A program made the position numbers and the translations under genes. The notes below the pieces were generated by a model, which did no database searches, was not told the DNA's origin, and saw only the letters and a program-made list of their open reading frames with translations. This document shows, in pieces, positions 45,467-56,111 of a DNA stretch of 56,111 bases. The stretch's first letter is position 1. Each line of letters begins with the position of its first letter. Where the stretch lies: assembly GCA_043228905.1 (NCBI GenBank), contig JBHGNT010000192.1:1-56111 (forward strand). Reading direction: 5' to 3'. Source of the DNA: Azolla caroliniana (lineage: Eukaryota > Plantae > Polypodiophyta).

Positions 45467-46940
45467 AGCTTCTTCTACGGTGATGTGAGAGTGGACTGTG
45501 CGACGGGAGTTTCAAATATGGAAGGAGCAGGGAGGGTCATATGTGACATCTTCTTCTTCTTCTTCTTCTCTGTTCTGTAGAATAGGCCCTATACCCTTTA
45601 AATTTCAATCAAGAGCTTTTGCAACTTGTACATGTTACCACACAAAGACCACATGCCCACTTATGTGAGGGATGGATGAGAAGATTCACACATCATAGAA
45701 CCTAAAACAAAATCTTCACTATCAACTTCCAACACATTTACAAACAACAGCTTGAAAAGCTTCGAATATTGTCAACGGTTTCGAGGGTCCATCCAACAAA
45801 GAAGTGTTTTCATCGATGACCGACCACACCCATGTGTTGATTCATTGAAACCATTAGTTATACTTCTTTGATTTTGAAATCTATGCCCTTGGTAGAGGAA
45901 ATTCACGAAAAATGGCACAAAAGCGCATGAGCTATCTTCTTCACACAAAAAGAGTTCCCGCATTCAATCGTATGGAGCTCAATAACCAGGTGTTTTGTTC
46001 ATTCGTAACGATAGTTATGCTTCAATTCAATATCTAATCGATGTTATTGGCGGACGACAAACCCAAACATTGGCACATATAGCATTGGTCGTGGATGGCT
46101 AAATGCTTGACACATTTGGATGGTGCTCATGATCGAGGAAGAGGAAAGCATTTGTCACGCCCACAAAAGCATACATTTTTGTGATAAAATGATCGAGGAA
46201 GAGGAAAGCATTCGTCACACCCACATTCATTGTTATCGCATGAAGTCTGATGTTTAATGGAAGAACCAAGCATGTGTCTCCATCCAACATATGAGAACGA
46301 TGCTCTACTAGTTCAAACCTTTTCCTCATCCAATGTGTATTTAAATAAGTGTTTTCATACCCAAGAATGAATAATTAGCCAAACAGGACCTAAGAGTAGG
46401 GAACAAATCATGGCGAGCATTATAGTTGATTAAAGATTGGCAACAATGGCGCTTTTAAAACTCGTTTGGAGGCCATAAACAACTAAGTTGACTTTGTAAT
46501 GCTACTTGCTTTTGTATTTGCTTGATGTCTTCGGTTTGTCAATGTCATCATATTGGTGCATGTGGAACCCTTGAACCAAGCTTGTCCCCAGTAATGATGG
46601 TGTATAAAAATTGTTAAAACATTTGTTTCAACATATGTAGGGAGTAAGTTGGCTACACATCAATTTCAAAATTCTTGAAACAACACTTGGTATTAATAAT
46701 TGGCATTCTACTTTATTGCTCCACATGAATGTTTTATATTATAAAGATACATTGATGCTATATGAAAATGTGAGTTGCATGAAATGTAGGAAAATTTAGA
46801 GCAAACAGGGATAAATAACAATGAGATAGATATAATGAGTGTATAAAACAATCAATAAATACTTTCTTCGAAATTGTTCACGATTTGGAGCCACGACCCT
46901 TTTATACATGCTTCTTTAAACCTGGAATATGTATCTTTTT

Positions 46941-47864
46941 CATAGTACGTAAAATTCGTGTTCGTCTGCCATATCATTCGTTTTCATACGTTGGAAAACG
47001 AACACAAATGATATGCAAATATTCGTGTGTTTTTTTTTTCGTTTTTTTCATTTTTTTTTTCATTTTTTTTCATTTTTTTTCAATTTTTTTCAATTTTTCC
47101 CTCTTTTCTCCCTTTTCCTCTGCACTAACGTTACGCTCTCTTCTCCTCTACAACCTAGCCTCAAACGATTTGCGATTCTGCAGAGTGCATTCAACCTTCA
47201 GGTATATTTAGTGTAGAAATATGGTTTTAATTTCAGTGCTGAAAAATCAGAAATTTCTGTGCTAAAAAATCAGAAATTTCATCACGAAATTTCAAAAATT
47301 TCATCACAGAAATTTCTGTGATGAAATTTCATCAACGAAATTTCAGTGATGATTGAAATTTCTGAAATTTCTGTGATGAAATTTCATCTTTCAGAAATTT
47401 CACGATGAAATTTCATCACAGAAATTTCTGAAATTTCAGTGATGAAATTTCATCTTTCAGAAATTTCGTGATGAAATTTCATAATTTCAGAAATTTCTTG
47501 ATGAAATTTTTGAGGATAATGCACAAGATGAGGATGATGATTTTGAAGATGATGATATCACCTTGAATGAAGATTAGGAATGCTCGTTTTGATGTAACAC
47601 CTCATTGAGGATTTTTTTGGAGACTAGGCATTTTGGGTAGTTGTTATTAGAATTTACGAAAAAAAGCATATTGTTATTAAGAAGGTAATATGTTTGTTTT
47701 TTGCAATTTTTTAAATTTTTTTTCCGTGAAAAAATGTTTACCTTATAGTAAACCATTTATCCAAAAGTATGGTATTTATCATTCTTCGAGAGTGTTTATA
47801 ATTCTCGAATGATTGAATCATTCTCGACACGAATGCACGAATGGTGCGCATGGTTCATACTATG
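46941..47864. mobile_element. Non-autonomous TIR element (CATAGTA family), copy 2, 924 bp, opposite orientation to copy 1
   Basis: Same termini and about 190-bp subterminal homology at both ends. Perfect 8-bp TSD ATCTTTTT at 46933-46940 and 47865-47872. Confidence 0.9.
47240..47510. repeat. Palindromic GAAATTTC minisatellite
   Basis: Many self-complementary GAAATTTC units; a perfect 34-bp palindrome at 47296-47329. Confidence 0.9.
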
Positions 47865-48643
47865 ATCTTTTTAATGTAAGTCTCTGTTTTTCTTCAATTG
47901 ATAGCTTTTCATAGAGTTATTGTGTATTTGAAGTGTTAAATCTTCAAAAACAAAACATGTTAACATAGAGGTATCAGACTAAAGTAGTGCATTGTTTAGT
48001 GGTGCATTTTGCTACATTAATATCTATCAATATTTTCTTCTAACTAAATGTATACATGATCTGATGTTAAAAGACAAACACAACTATGTCATACATTATG
48101 CATACAATAGAGGAGGTAAAACATGAAAGTCAATCCACAATAGGGGTTGGCGCATCCATTCAACACTAGTACTTGGACGATTCCGACTTAGATGCCCTCG
48201 GAGCATACTCCACACCTGCATCACTAACATACAAGTACGATCAGCCAACCAGTTAGATTTCCTTAACTTTAAGTCCATACAAAAAGGCCATGCTTTGTGT
48301 GACTTCCATTGCCCACCCAGTCTTGGACTCCAGAGAATGCTCCTATTATGTATCAATGTTTTCCATAACTCGTTACCGGGTAGCAAGCTCCTTACCAATA
48401 CATTACATAACAATGCCTGACTCTGCAATCCAGGGTCAATCAATCCTAAACCCCCCTTACTCTTGGGAAGAACCAATGTAGACCATGATACTTTGGCTGC
48501 CGCGCTGTCTTTCCTCATCCCAGCCCAAAGGAATCCCCTAATACACACTTTAACAGTACGAATAGCTTGCTTGTCAAACATCCACACTGAAACTGCATGC
48601 CATAACGTAGACAAGAGCACATGGTTAGCTATTATGATCCTGC

Positions 48644-48728
48644 TGTTGTAAGCAATGTCGTCAGTGCGGAAGATCAAGAAGCACTCGATTCCTGTTTATT
48701 CCCTGCGTATGACAGTTTCTATGTCGTT

Positions 48729-48775
<47 letters not shown>

Positions 48776-48951
48776 CACACAAGATTTTCTCTATTTCTCA
48801 AAGCAATAATACTACAACAACCAACCTTACAAAAAGGTTACAAGGTCACTATATATAGTGACCGACTTAGGGCAACTACCCTTTATGCTAATTACATAAA
48901 TGGCCAAAACGGGATAGTGTGAATACGTCCATTATACACATGTATTCGACA
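48644..48951 (-). repeat. 3' LTR of copia A (308 bp, (AG)21)
   Basis: Identical to the 5' LTR by eye apart from 5 extra AG units. Confidence 0.95.
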
Positions 48952-49303
48952 CTCCCCCGTAATGGGCGTATACATGGGTTATCTTAGATTACAGGTATAG
49001 ACTTAGGTTCTCGGACATATCAGCTTTGTTCGAGTCGGCAGGGTCCGAAGGCAGAAGACCGAACTGGTCGGGTCGGAACAGTTGAAGCCGATCATTAAGC
49101 AACTGATGTCGGTTGTCGGGAACCATCCTGCTCTGTGTCCGGCTCTAACCGGACTGGTTTGTCGTTACGCCCATCTGATGCCGAAGAGACCGAAAACGGT
49201 CTGCCGAAAGACACTTGGTCATTCCATCTGCGACATTGTCGGTTGTGGATATTTTCTCTAGACCGATTTTCCCTGAAATGACGCAGTCCCGAACGAAGTG
49301 ATA

Positions 49304-52300
49304 TCAGACATCGATATGTTTGGAGGCGTTGTGGTGAACCGGATTTTTCGACAAGGCAACAGCACCTTGACTGTCGCTGTAGACAACTGGAGCCGAGTCA
49401 TGGTCGACTTGTCGAAACGTGTGCGCCAGCCGACCGAGCCACAAAGCTTCTTTTGCTGCGTCGGACGCAGCTACATATTCAGCTTCGGTCGTTGAGGTCG
49501 CTGTGCACTCCTGAAGTTTCGACTTCCACGAGATTGCTCCATTGCCGAATTTGAAGCAGTATCCGGTTGTTGATTTCCGACTGTCTATACAGCCGGCGAA
49601 GTCCGAGTCGGTGTAACCGACTACGCCTGAGGTTCGGTTCGGACCGAAAAGAATGCCGTGGTCTTTTGTGCCAGCCAGATATCTGAACACATGCTTGACT
49701 GCGTTCCAATGCGATCGGCCAGGGTTGTGCATAAATCTGCTAACGACTCCTACGGCGTGAGAAATATCAGGCCGTGTCGCGACCATCAGGTACATAAGGG
49801 AGCCGACTGCCGGTGCATACGGTACCGACTTCATATCTTCCCCCTCCGGGCCGGATGTCGGGCAGTCTCGCTGAGAGAGCCGAAGATTCATTGGGAGCGG
49901 GGTTGAAGCAGATTTGGCTGATTGCATGTTGAAGCGTTCCAAGACACGTCCGATATAGTCGGTCTGAGACAAAAAGAGATGTCGTTTATCGCGATGCCGA
50001 CTAATCTTCATGCCAAGGATGTGTCGTGCCGGACCGAGGTCCTTCATGGCAAACTTCAACCGCAGTTGCCGAATGAGATCGGCAAGTTCGCCCGCGTGGC
50101 GTCCAGAAATTAGCATGTCGTCCACGTAAATGATGAGGAAGATGGGTGATCCATCTTGAGCTGTGTTGGTGAAGAGACAATGGTCCTCATCGCTTTTGGA
50201 GAAGCCGATCGATTGGATGAAGTCGTCGAACTTCTTGTACCATTGTCGCGGTGCCTGTTTGAGGCCGTATAGACTCTTCCTGAGTCGGCAGACTAGATGT
50301 TCTTGGCCAGTTGCCACGAAGCCTTTTGGCTGCTCCATATAAATTTCCTCCTCGAGATCACCATGGAGGAAGGCTGTTTTGACATCTAGCTGAATCAGCT
50401 CCAAGTTGTCGGCTGCCACGACGCCGAGCAGAAAACGAAGGGTTGTCATTTTCACCACTGGTGAAAAAATCTCGTCGAAGTCGACGCCATATTCTTGTCG
50501 GAAGCCCTTCGCAACTAATCTGGCCTTGTACTTTGGGGTGGTCGAATCAGACGTCTCTTTTAGTCGATAAACCCACTTGCAAGGAAGAGCACGTCGGTTC
50601 CTAGGTAATTCGACCAGATCCCAAGTCTTGTTTGCCCGAATGGAGTGCATTTCCGACTCCATCGCCAGATGCCAGGTGGCCGAATCGACAGATGTCGATG
50701 CTTCTTCGTAAGACGTCGGTTCGCCGGCGTCGGTGAAGAAAATTCCAGGAGAATACCTCTCCGGAGGTTGCGACAGTCTCTCGGATCGTCGAGGTATGAT
50801 TGGACTGGTCGCATCGGGTATCGAGGTCGGATGGTCCGAAACCGAATCATTCGGCTGTGCCGAGTCAGAGTTGTCCGAGTCGGTAGTATAAGGTTCAGCT
50901 ACCCGTGAAGCTGACCGTGTGTTGAGAGCGGGGCCTTCTTGAAGGGTCGGCACATCGGAGAATGTTACCCTTCGGACTTCGATCGGTTTTTCGACTGATG
51001 GATTTATAGCCGACTCGTTGAACACAACGTCCGAACTTCGAACGATTTGTCTGCGTTCGGGGTCCCAGAGTCGGTATCCCATTTCGCCGTCTGATCCATA
51101 TCCAAGGAAAATGCATTTCCTGGACCGAGGTGCAAGTTTTCGGCGATCATCTTTCGGAATGAGGGCGTACGCCTCGCATCCGAAGGTCCTCAGCTTGTCG
51201 TAATTCGGCTTACTGCCGATCCATAGTTCCTGATGAATTTGAAGTCCTAGAGGTCTACTTGGCGACATATTGATTATGTGTACTGCCGTGAGTAGAGCCT
51301 CTGCCCAGAAGCCATCCGACAGTCGGGAGTGTTGGAGCATGGAAACTATCCGTTCTTGGATTGTCCGATTCATTCGTTCTGCAATCCCGTTTTGCTCCGG
51401 ACTGTGTGGTGCCGTAAATTCACGTCGGATGCCGCGTTGTCGGCAGAATTTGACGAATTCTTCGGATTTGAACTCTCCCCCATTGTCTGTCCGAAGGCAT
51501 TTCAGCTTTCGGTCGGCTTGATTTTCCACCATAGCGAGCCAATCGGTGAAGATCGAGAAGACACGATCTTTGGTGCGAATTGGATAAGCCCACACCTTTC
51601 GAGTCGAATCGTCAATAAAACTGACGAAGTAAGAGGCACCGCCTAGAGACTGATGCGGCATTGGGCCACAGACGTCCGAATGGACTAAATCAAGAGGTCT
51701 CGTTTCTCTTGGTGCTGATGTCGGGTGTGATGCGGCTACTTGTTTGCCATACTGGCAATGCTCGCAGAATTGATGGTCGGAGAAGGAGAGTTTGGGGATG
51801 TATCCGGCTCTAGATAGATGCGTGATGCCGGCCTTGCTGAGGTGTCCTAATCTTCGGTGCCATAGTGATGACACAGGAATATCCACCAAAAACAGGTTAC
51901 CCTCTCTGAGCGTAACATGTAACGGATACAGGGAGTGTATCTTGGGTCCTCTAGCAAGCAGGAGGTTCCCCCTGTGGAGTGTCCACCCTCCCGAAGAAAA
52001 ACCGGCACGAATGCCGTCTTCATCTAGTTGCCCGACTGAGATCAATGGCCTTGAGAGCTCGGGTACATGTCGGACATTGTGGAGTACAAGTGTAGAGCCA
52101 CCTGCAAGGTTGAGCTCTACTGTGCCGATTCCGATGATGTCACAGTGTTGTGAGTTGCCGACTCGAACTGAGTCGGAGTGACGGATCGTATATTGCCGAA
52201 ATTGGGATCTATGAGGAGTCACGTGAAATGACGCGCCCGAATCCAAGAGCCATGTGCTCGATTCTTCAGTCGTGAGCAGAACTTCGGATCCGACTGGATT

Positions 52301-53161
52301 TTCGATTGACAGTATATTCGGGTCGTCCGGTAGTACATCGGCCGAGAAGCTGACGTAATTGATCTCCTCATGCCGGCCACTCTTCTTGTTGTTCTTGTTC
52401 TTGAGTGCGCGGCAGTCGGCTTTGATGTGTCCGGGTTTCTTGCAATAGTTGCAGATTCGGTTATCCCGTGACTGGCTCCGTCTTCGCTGATTGTTCGGCG
52501 GCCGTGAGGAATCTCTTCCTCGTATGTTCGATCGGTCTGTCGAACCTTGTACTACATAAGCGTCGTCTGTTGAGTCTTTGGCGAAAGACTTTCTCCGAGC
52601 TGCTTCGGTCAGGATTGCGCTCGTGACTTCGGAGTATTTAACAGCCGTGGTTGACGCGTTGCACACGGTTGTGACGAAAGTTTCCCATGATGAGGGAAGG
52701 CTGCTCATGAGTATCATTGCTCTGAGTTCATCCTCGATTGCCGTCCCCTGTGACGAGATTTGGGAGCTTATACTTTCGTACTCATTGAGGTGTGCTTGGA
52801 CCGAATCGGATTCTTTCATCCGCAAGTTGTAGAGGCGCCGGATCAGAAACATCTTCGTTGCGGCGACCTTCTTTTCGTAAGTGTCCGACAGTGTTTTCCA
52901 CAGTTCGAATGCTGTCGTACACGATTGCACCGTAAAGTATACCGATTCCGATAGGTGCATCCGAATCGTGGCGCGGACGATTCTGTCCAGCTTCTGCCAC
53001 TCAATTGGTTTGTATCCTTCTGGAGGTTCTTCATTTTCGATGGGATCGATTTGCCCCTTGACTATGAGATAGTCCTGCATTTGTTCCTTCCAGAAGTTGA
53101 AGTTCGATCCATCGAACTTTCGGAGACTCATTTCTGACGAGCCGGATGTTGATGCCATCAA
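49304..53161 (-). CDS. Gag-Pol polyprotein (Gag, PR, IN, RT, RNase H) with a premature stop; the ancestral frame continues to 49145
   Basis: CCHC knuckle, WLLDSGAS, HSDVCGP/TDNGGEF/NGIAER, YVDD, YTDSDFAG, KHIDV*. Confidence 0.95.
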   Translation of the reverse strand: MMASTSGSSEMSLRKFDGSNFNFWKEQMQDYLIVKGQIDPIENEEPPEGYKPIEWQKLDRIVRATIRMHLSESVYFTVQSCTTAFELWKTLSDTYEKKVAATKMFLIRRLYNLRMKESDSVQAHLNEYESISSQISSQGTAIEDELRAMILMSSLPSSWETFVTTVCNASTTAVKYSEVTSAILTEAARRKSFAKDSTDDAYVVQGSTDRSNIRGRDSSRPPNNQRRRSQSRDNRICNYCKKPGHIKADCRALKNKNNKKSGRHEEINYVSFSADVLPDDPNILSIENPVGSEVLLTTEESSTWLLDSGASFHVTPHRSQFRQYTIRHSDSVRVGNSQHCDIIGIGTVELNLAGGSTLVLHNVRHVPELSRPLISVGQLDEDGIRAGFSSGGWTLHRGNLLLARGPKIHSLYPLHVTLREGNLFLVDIPVSSLWHRRLGHLSKAGITHLSRAGYIPKLSFSDHQFCEHCQYGKQVAASHPTSAPRETRPLDLVHSDVCGPMPHQSLGGASYFVSFIDDSTRKVWAYPIRTKDRVFSIFTDWLAMVENQADRKLKCLRTDNGGEFKSEEFVKFCRQRGIRREFTAPHSPEQNGIAERMNRTIQERIVSMLQHSRLSDGFWAEALLTAVHIINMSPSRPLGLQIHQELWIGSKPNYDKLRTFGCEAYALIPKDDRRKLAPRSRKCIFLGYGSDGEMGYRLWDPERRQIVRSSDVVFNESAINPSVEKPIEVRRVTFSDVPTLQEGPALNTRSASRVAEPYTTDSDNSDSAQPNDSVSDHPTSIPDATSPIIPRRSERLSQPPERYSPGIFFTDAGEPTSYEEASTSVDSATWHLAMESEMHSIRANKTWDLVELPRNRRALPCKWVYRLKETSDSTTPKYKARLVAKGFRQEYGVDFDEIFSPVVKMTTLRFLLGVVAADNLELIQLDVKTAFLHGDLEEEIYMEQPKGFVATGQEHLVCRLRKSLYGLKQAPRQWYKKFDDFIQSIGFSKSDEDHCLFTNTAQDGSPIFLIIYVDDMLISGRHAGELADLIRQLRLKFAMKDLGPARHILGMKISRHRDKRHLFLSQTDYIGRVLERFNMQSAKSASTPLPMNLRLSQRDCPTSGPEGEDMKSVPYAPAVGSLMYLMVATRPDISHAVGVVSRFMHNPGRSHWNAVKHVFRYLAGTKDHGILFGPNRTSGVVGYTDSDFAGCIDSRKSTTGYCFKFGNGAISWKSKLQECTATSTTEAEYVAASDAAKEALWLGRLAHTFRQVDHDSAPVVYSDSQGAVALSKNPVHHNASKHIDV

Positions 53162-53655
53162 GTTCGATTTTGGTTGACGAAGCTCGGTTCGGAGTTGACT
53201 ACGAACCTTGTTGGAGTGCAGCCAGTTGGCTCACCCGATATCGTTCTAGTCGGATTTGAACCCGAGTCGGTTCGGCTTCGGAACTTGCTCGAATTGACTC
53301 CGGTAACTTGAGGGACAGAACCGACTGGTCTTCCCGAATGTTGCCGAGTCGGAGTGTCCGAGTGGTTACAACGAGCGGCGAACAGCGTTCAATGACCTTT
53401 TCGGATGCCGTTTAACCGAGTGGAGCACGATCGTGTCAATGTTGCACAAGGGGATTTCACCTCGAGCGGTTGCGATCACAAGGAACGGAGTACAACCTGC
53501 TGGCTTACTCCAAGCAAGATAATCTAACGCGATGAGATGCAAACCTGGTTTTTCTTCTTCTTCTCTCTTCTTCGAATGACGCAGGAAACCGAATGCAGAG
53601 ACGACGGCCGACAGCGGATTGAAGAACCGACTACTGTGCAGGCTCTGATACCAGA

Positions 53656-53740
53656 TGTTGTAAGCAATGTCGTCAGTGCGGAAGATCAAGAAGCACTCGA
53701 TTCCTGTTTATTCCCTGCGTATGACAGTTTCTATGTCGTT

Positions 53741-53777
<37 letters not shown>

Positions 53778-53953
53778 CACACAAGATTTTCTCTATTTCT
53801 CAAAGCAATAATACTACAACAACCAACCTTACAAAAAGGTTACAAGGTCACTATATATAGTGACCGACTTAGGGCAACTACCCTTTATGCTAATTACATA
53901 AATGGCCAAAACGGGATAGTGTGAATACGTCCATTATACACATGTATTCGACA
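53656..53953 (-). repeat. 5' LTR of copia A (298 bp, (AG)16)
   Basis: Adjacent to the tRNA-iMet PBS; TG...CA termini. Confidence 0.95.
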
Positions 53954-56111
53954 CCTGCCAACCAAAGATAAGTTCATCCCTGACCAGTTGCGAATTTTGT
54001 CACAAATTTTGCTTTGAACTTGTTGCAACTGAATTCCTATTGTGGAACGAGACCGTATAATCGCCAGAAGGAACGATGCTTGGACAAAGCAAGCGCATGC
54101 CGTGGGCTGTATTGTATTGTCTAGGGATACACTCGATGGGTGATTGGATGCGGTTGTCCGGCAATAATCGTGATCAATTATATGAAGACATGGGAAAGGT
54201 CAGAAATGGTAGAAAGATGCTTGGCGTAGTCAATACAACTATCTCCTCGTTTCCTATTGGTAACGAGGAAGAGGGTGAATGGTCCGGACAATGTGATGAT
54301 ATCGAAAAAATTATCAATGTCAGGGGTCTAGGAAAGAATGGGAAGACTGTCCAAATGGGATTATTAGATGAAAGTGTAGGCTGGTACCCGATTAGAATTG
54401 TGGCAAGAGACAGAAAGAAATGGAAGGTGAATCCACCAATCAAAGAGCTTGAGGAGGATTGGATCTTGTACGTGGTTGAAAGCAAGCCTCTCAAGCGCGT
54501 AGAATGGGATCCTGCTGAATACACATGGAAGGGAGAACAAGATAAATCATTAGGTTTCTTCGAATACTCGACGTGCTTGGGGAGAAAGTTAGGTTCGTAT
54601 CGTGAGAAGTGTGCCAACAAGTGGACCCAAGCAGCTATCGATTCAATCTTCGTGGATAGAACCAGGAGCAGGATATGGAACTCATCCCTTCCTGAGCGGA
54701 TCAAAGTGTTTTTCTGGTTAATCACCCATCAGGTTGTTCCAACAGGAGAGTGGCTTGGGAATAGAGACAACATGAGTGGCTGCAAGGCTTGTAGTGCGAG
54801 CTTGGAGGACATCGCTCATTGTTTGTGGTGTTGCCCACGAGCGCAATAAATTTGGCTAAGGAGCTTAAGAATCTTGGCTCATTTCGGGTTTGAGGTTCAT
54901 GTATCGAGTGCATCAATCACTTGGTTGGCCACTGAATCGGCCTCGTGGTTTCAAGGGTGGAATGGAAACAATCCTTCTTTACAGGTGATGCAAGGATCTG
55001 TGCAACCAGCGCAAGGAGGTTTGTTCTTCTTACAGGAACGTTACATGGACATATGGGTATTAGTGGTCGGCCTTACGGTCTAGCAAGTGTGGGTATCTAG
55101 GTGCAAGGAGACTTTCGTAGGTAAACGAACCCCACTGGCTGAGAAATTAATGATGATCTGGTTTAATCTTATTTCTATGTTGCAAGGAGAGTTTGAAAGG
55201 CTTCAAGGGTCATTTGACGCAAGTGAAGAAGCTAGAGCTCGTTTCCTTCTGAAATGGAGCGGTTCGTCGATGCTGCAGATAATAGATGGTAAAGTGAAGT
55301 GGAATTATCAACCACCACGATGGTTGTTCCCTCCGAGTGTACCGAACATCTAGATGGGTGCTGCCATGAGGAGTGAATGGAGGACATCTATGCTGAATTC
55401 TGTTTTGTATGAGGCTCACGTGGAGAATATGCGTTCGAGTAATGCTATACACATCGAATGATGTGGTGCTTTGGAGTTGTTGTTTTTTTTGGGTGTTTCA
55501 TCTACACATATTATTTTCCTTTGACATGCAAGATGTCGTGTAAGATATGAATTGTAAATTATCCTTTGTATATTGCTTAACTAATGGAAGTAGTTTTGTT
55601 TTTTTGAAAAAAAAAAACATGAAAGTCAAACACACACATAGTGGAGACCATAAAATCTATGAATGTAGTGTTGTGTGCCTCATAGATAATATACTATAAA
55701 TAAGAGCTACAAAGATGTCCCGATACATAGAATGTTGTATATCGCATTACCTAAAGGCTAAAAGCCTATGGTTATTGCATTGCCCAAAGGTAGCCTTCAA
55801 GTGTTGCCCTTTATTAGATTGAGCACAGGGAAAATACTAGATCATCACTTGATTGTGTATTCCTTTGTTGTTACATTCCTCGTAGAAAATCCAACTACTA
55901 TAATTTGTCTGAGCTAGATCATGATGATCATTTTTCCAATGTATGTGTTGACATTCTTATATATGAGAAGATAGGAAAAATGTTGGTTGTGAGAGATTTT
56001 AATGCTAGAATTTGAACTTATTAAAATGTGAAAGTCGATCAAATGTAATGGTGTTGGATTAGGGATTTAATACACACACTGGCATATTCTTGGGAGGATG
56101 AAGTGTAGTTG

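Larger units (their letters stand above)
48644..53953 (-). mobile_element. Full-length young Ty1/copia, family A (5310 bp)
   Basis: LTRs 48644-48951 and 53656-53953; TSD CCTGC at 48639-48643 and 53954-53958; PBS 53642-53653; PPT at about 48952-48960. Confidence 0.97.
48134..55617 (+). mobile_element. L1-type LINE with 5' inversion (inverted part 48134-48643 plus 53954-54035; sense part 54036-55617), interrupted by copia A
   Basis: TSD (AAAA)CATGAAAGTCAA at 48122-48133 and 55618-55629. ORF2 reads continuously across the copia on the minus strand (LSLVGR/IIIANH), then switches strand at PLLW. Confidence 0.9.

Noticed and set aside
47240-47510. CRISPR-like appearance of the GAAATTTC repeats
   Set aside because: Eukaryotic context, 8-bp units, spacers are themselves repetitive, and there are no cas genes.
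49304-49306. Programmed readthrough or U-to-C editing of the copia TGA
   Set aside because: It falls on a conserved Arg codon at a CpG, and plant U-to-C editing is organellar. Simple mutation is enough.
49479-53137. Many short alternative-frame and antisense ORFs over copia pol
   Set aside because: Expected shadows of a GC-richer coding region; no recognisable domains.

Overview
AT-rich, TE-dense land-plant nuclear DNA; a fern or other seed-free plant is a guess from TE style, not shown. Three host genes are supported: a 9-exon MS2/FAR2-like fatty acyl-CoA reductase (23445-29989, +, about 615 aa), a single-exon P-class PPR gene (39427-41202, +) and a small multi-exon uncharacterised gene (about 43115-45466, -). 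Most of the rest is nested TEs: a young full-length Ty1/copia (48644-53953; TSD CCTGC; LTRs identical except (AG)n; one nonsense codon in RNase H) inside a 5'-inverted, twin-primed L1-type LINE; a truncated sister copia at the window start; a degenerate second copia family carrying a solo LTR and a TIR element; more LINE copies; Ty3/gypsy remnants; and three non-autonomous TIR elements. The most unusual signals are (1) a solo LTR containing a tRNA-like A-box/B-box cassette, (2) a 3'-terminal AACTAAT..AAG/T-tract/poly(A) motif shared by 8 retroposed ends, two of them attached to host-gene fragments (Cullin-1, PPR), and (3) a CATAGTA-ended, 8-bp-TSD element family with different internal minisatellites. 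All calls were made by eye; no searches were run.
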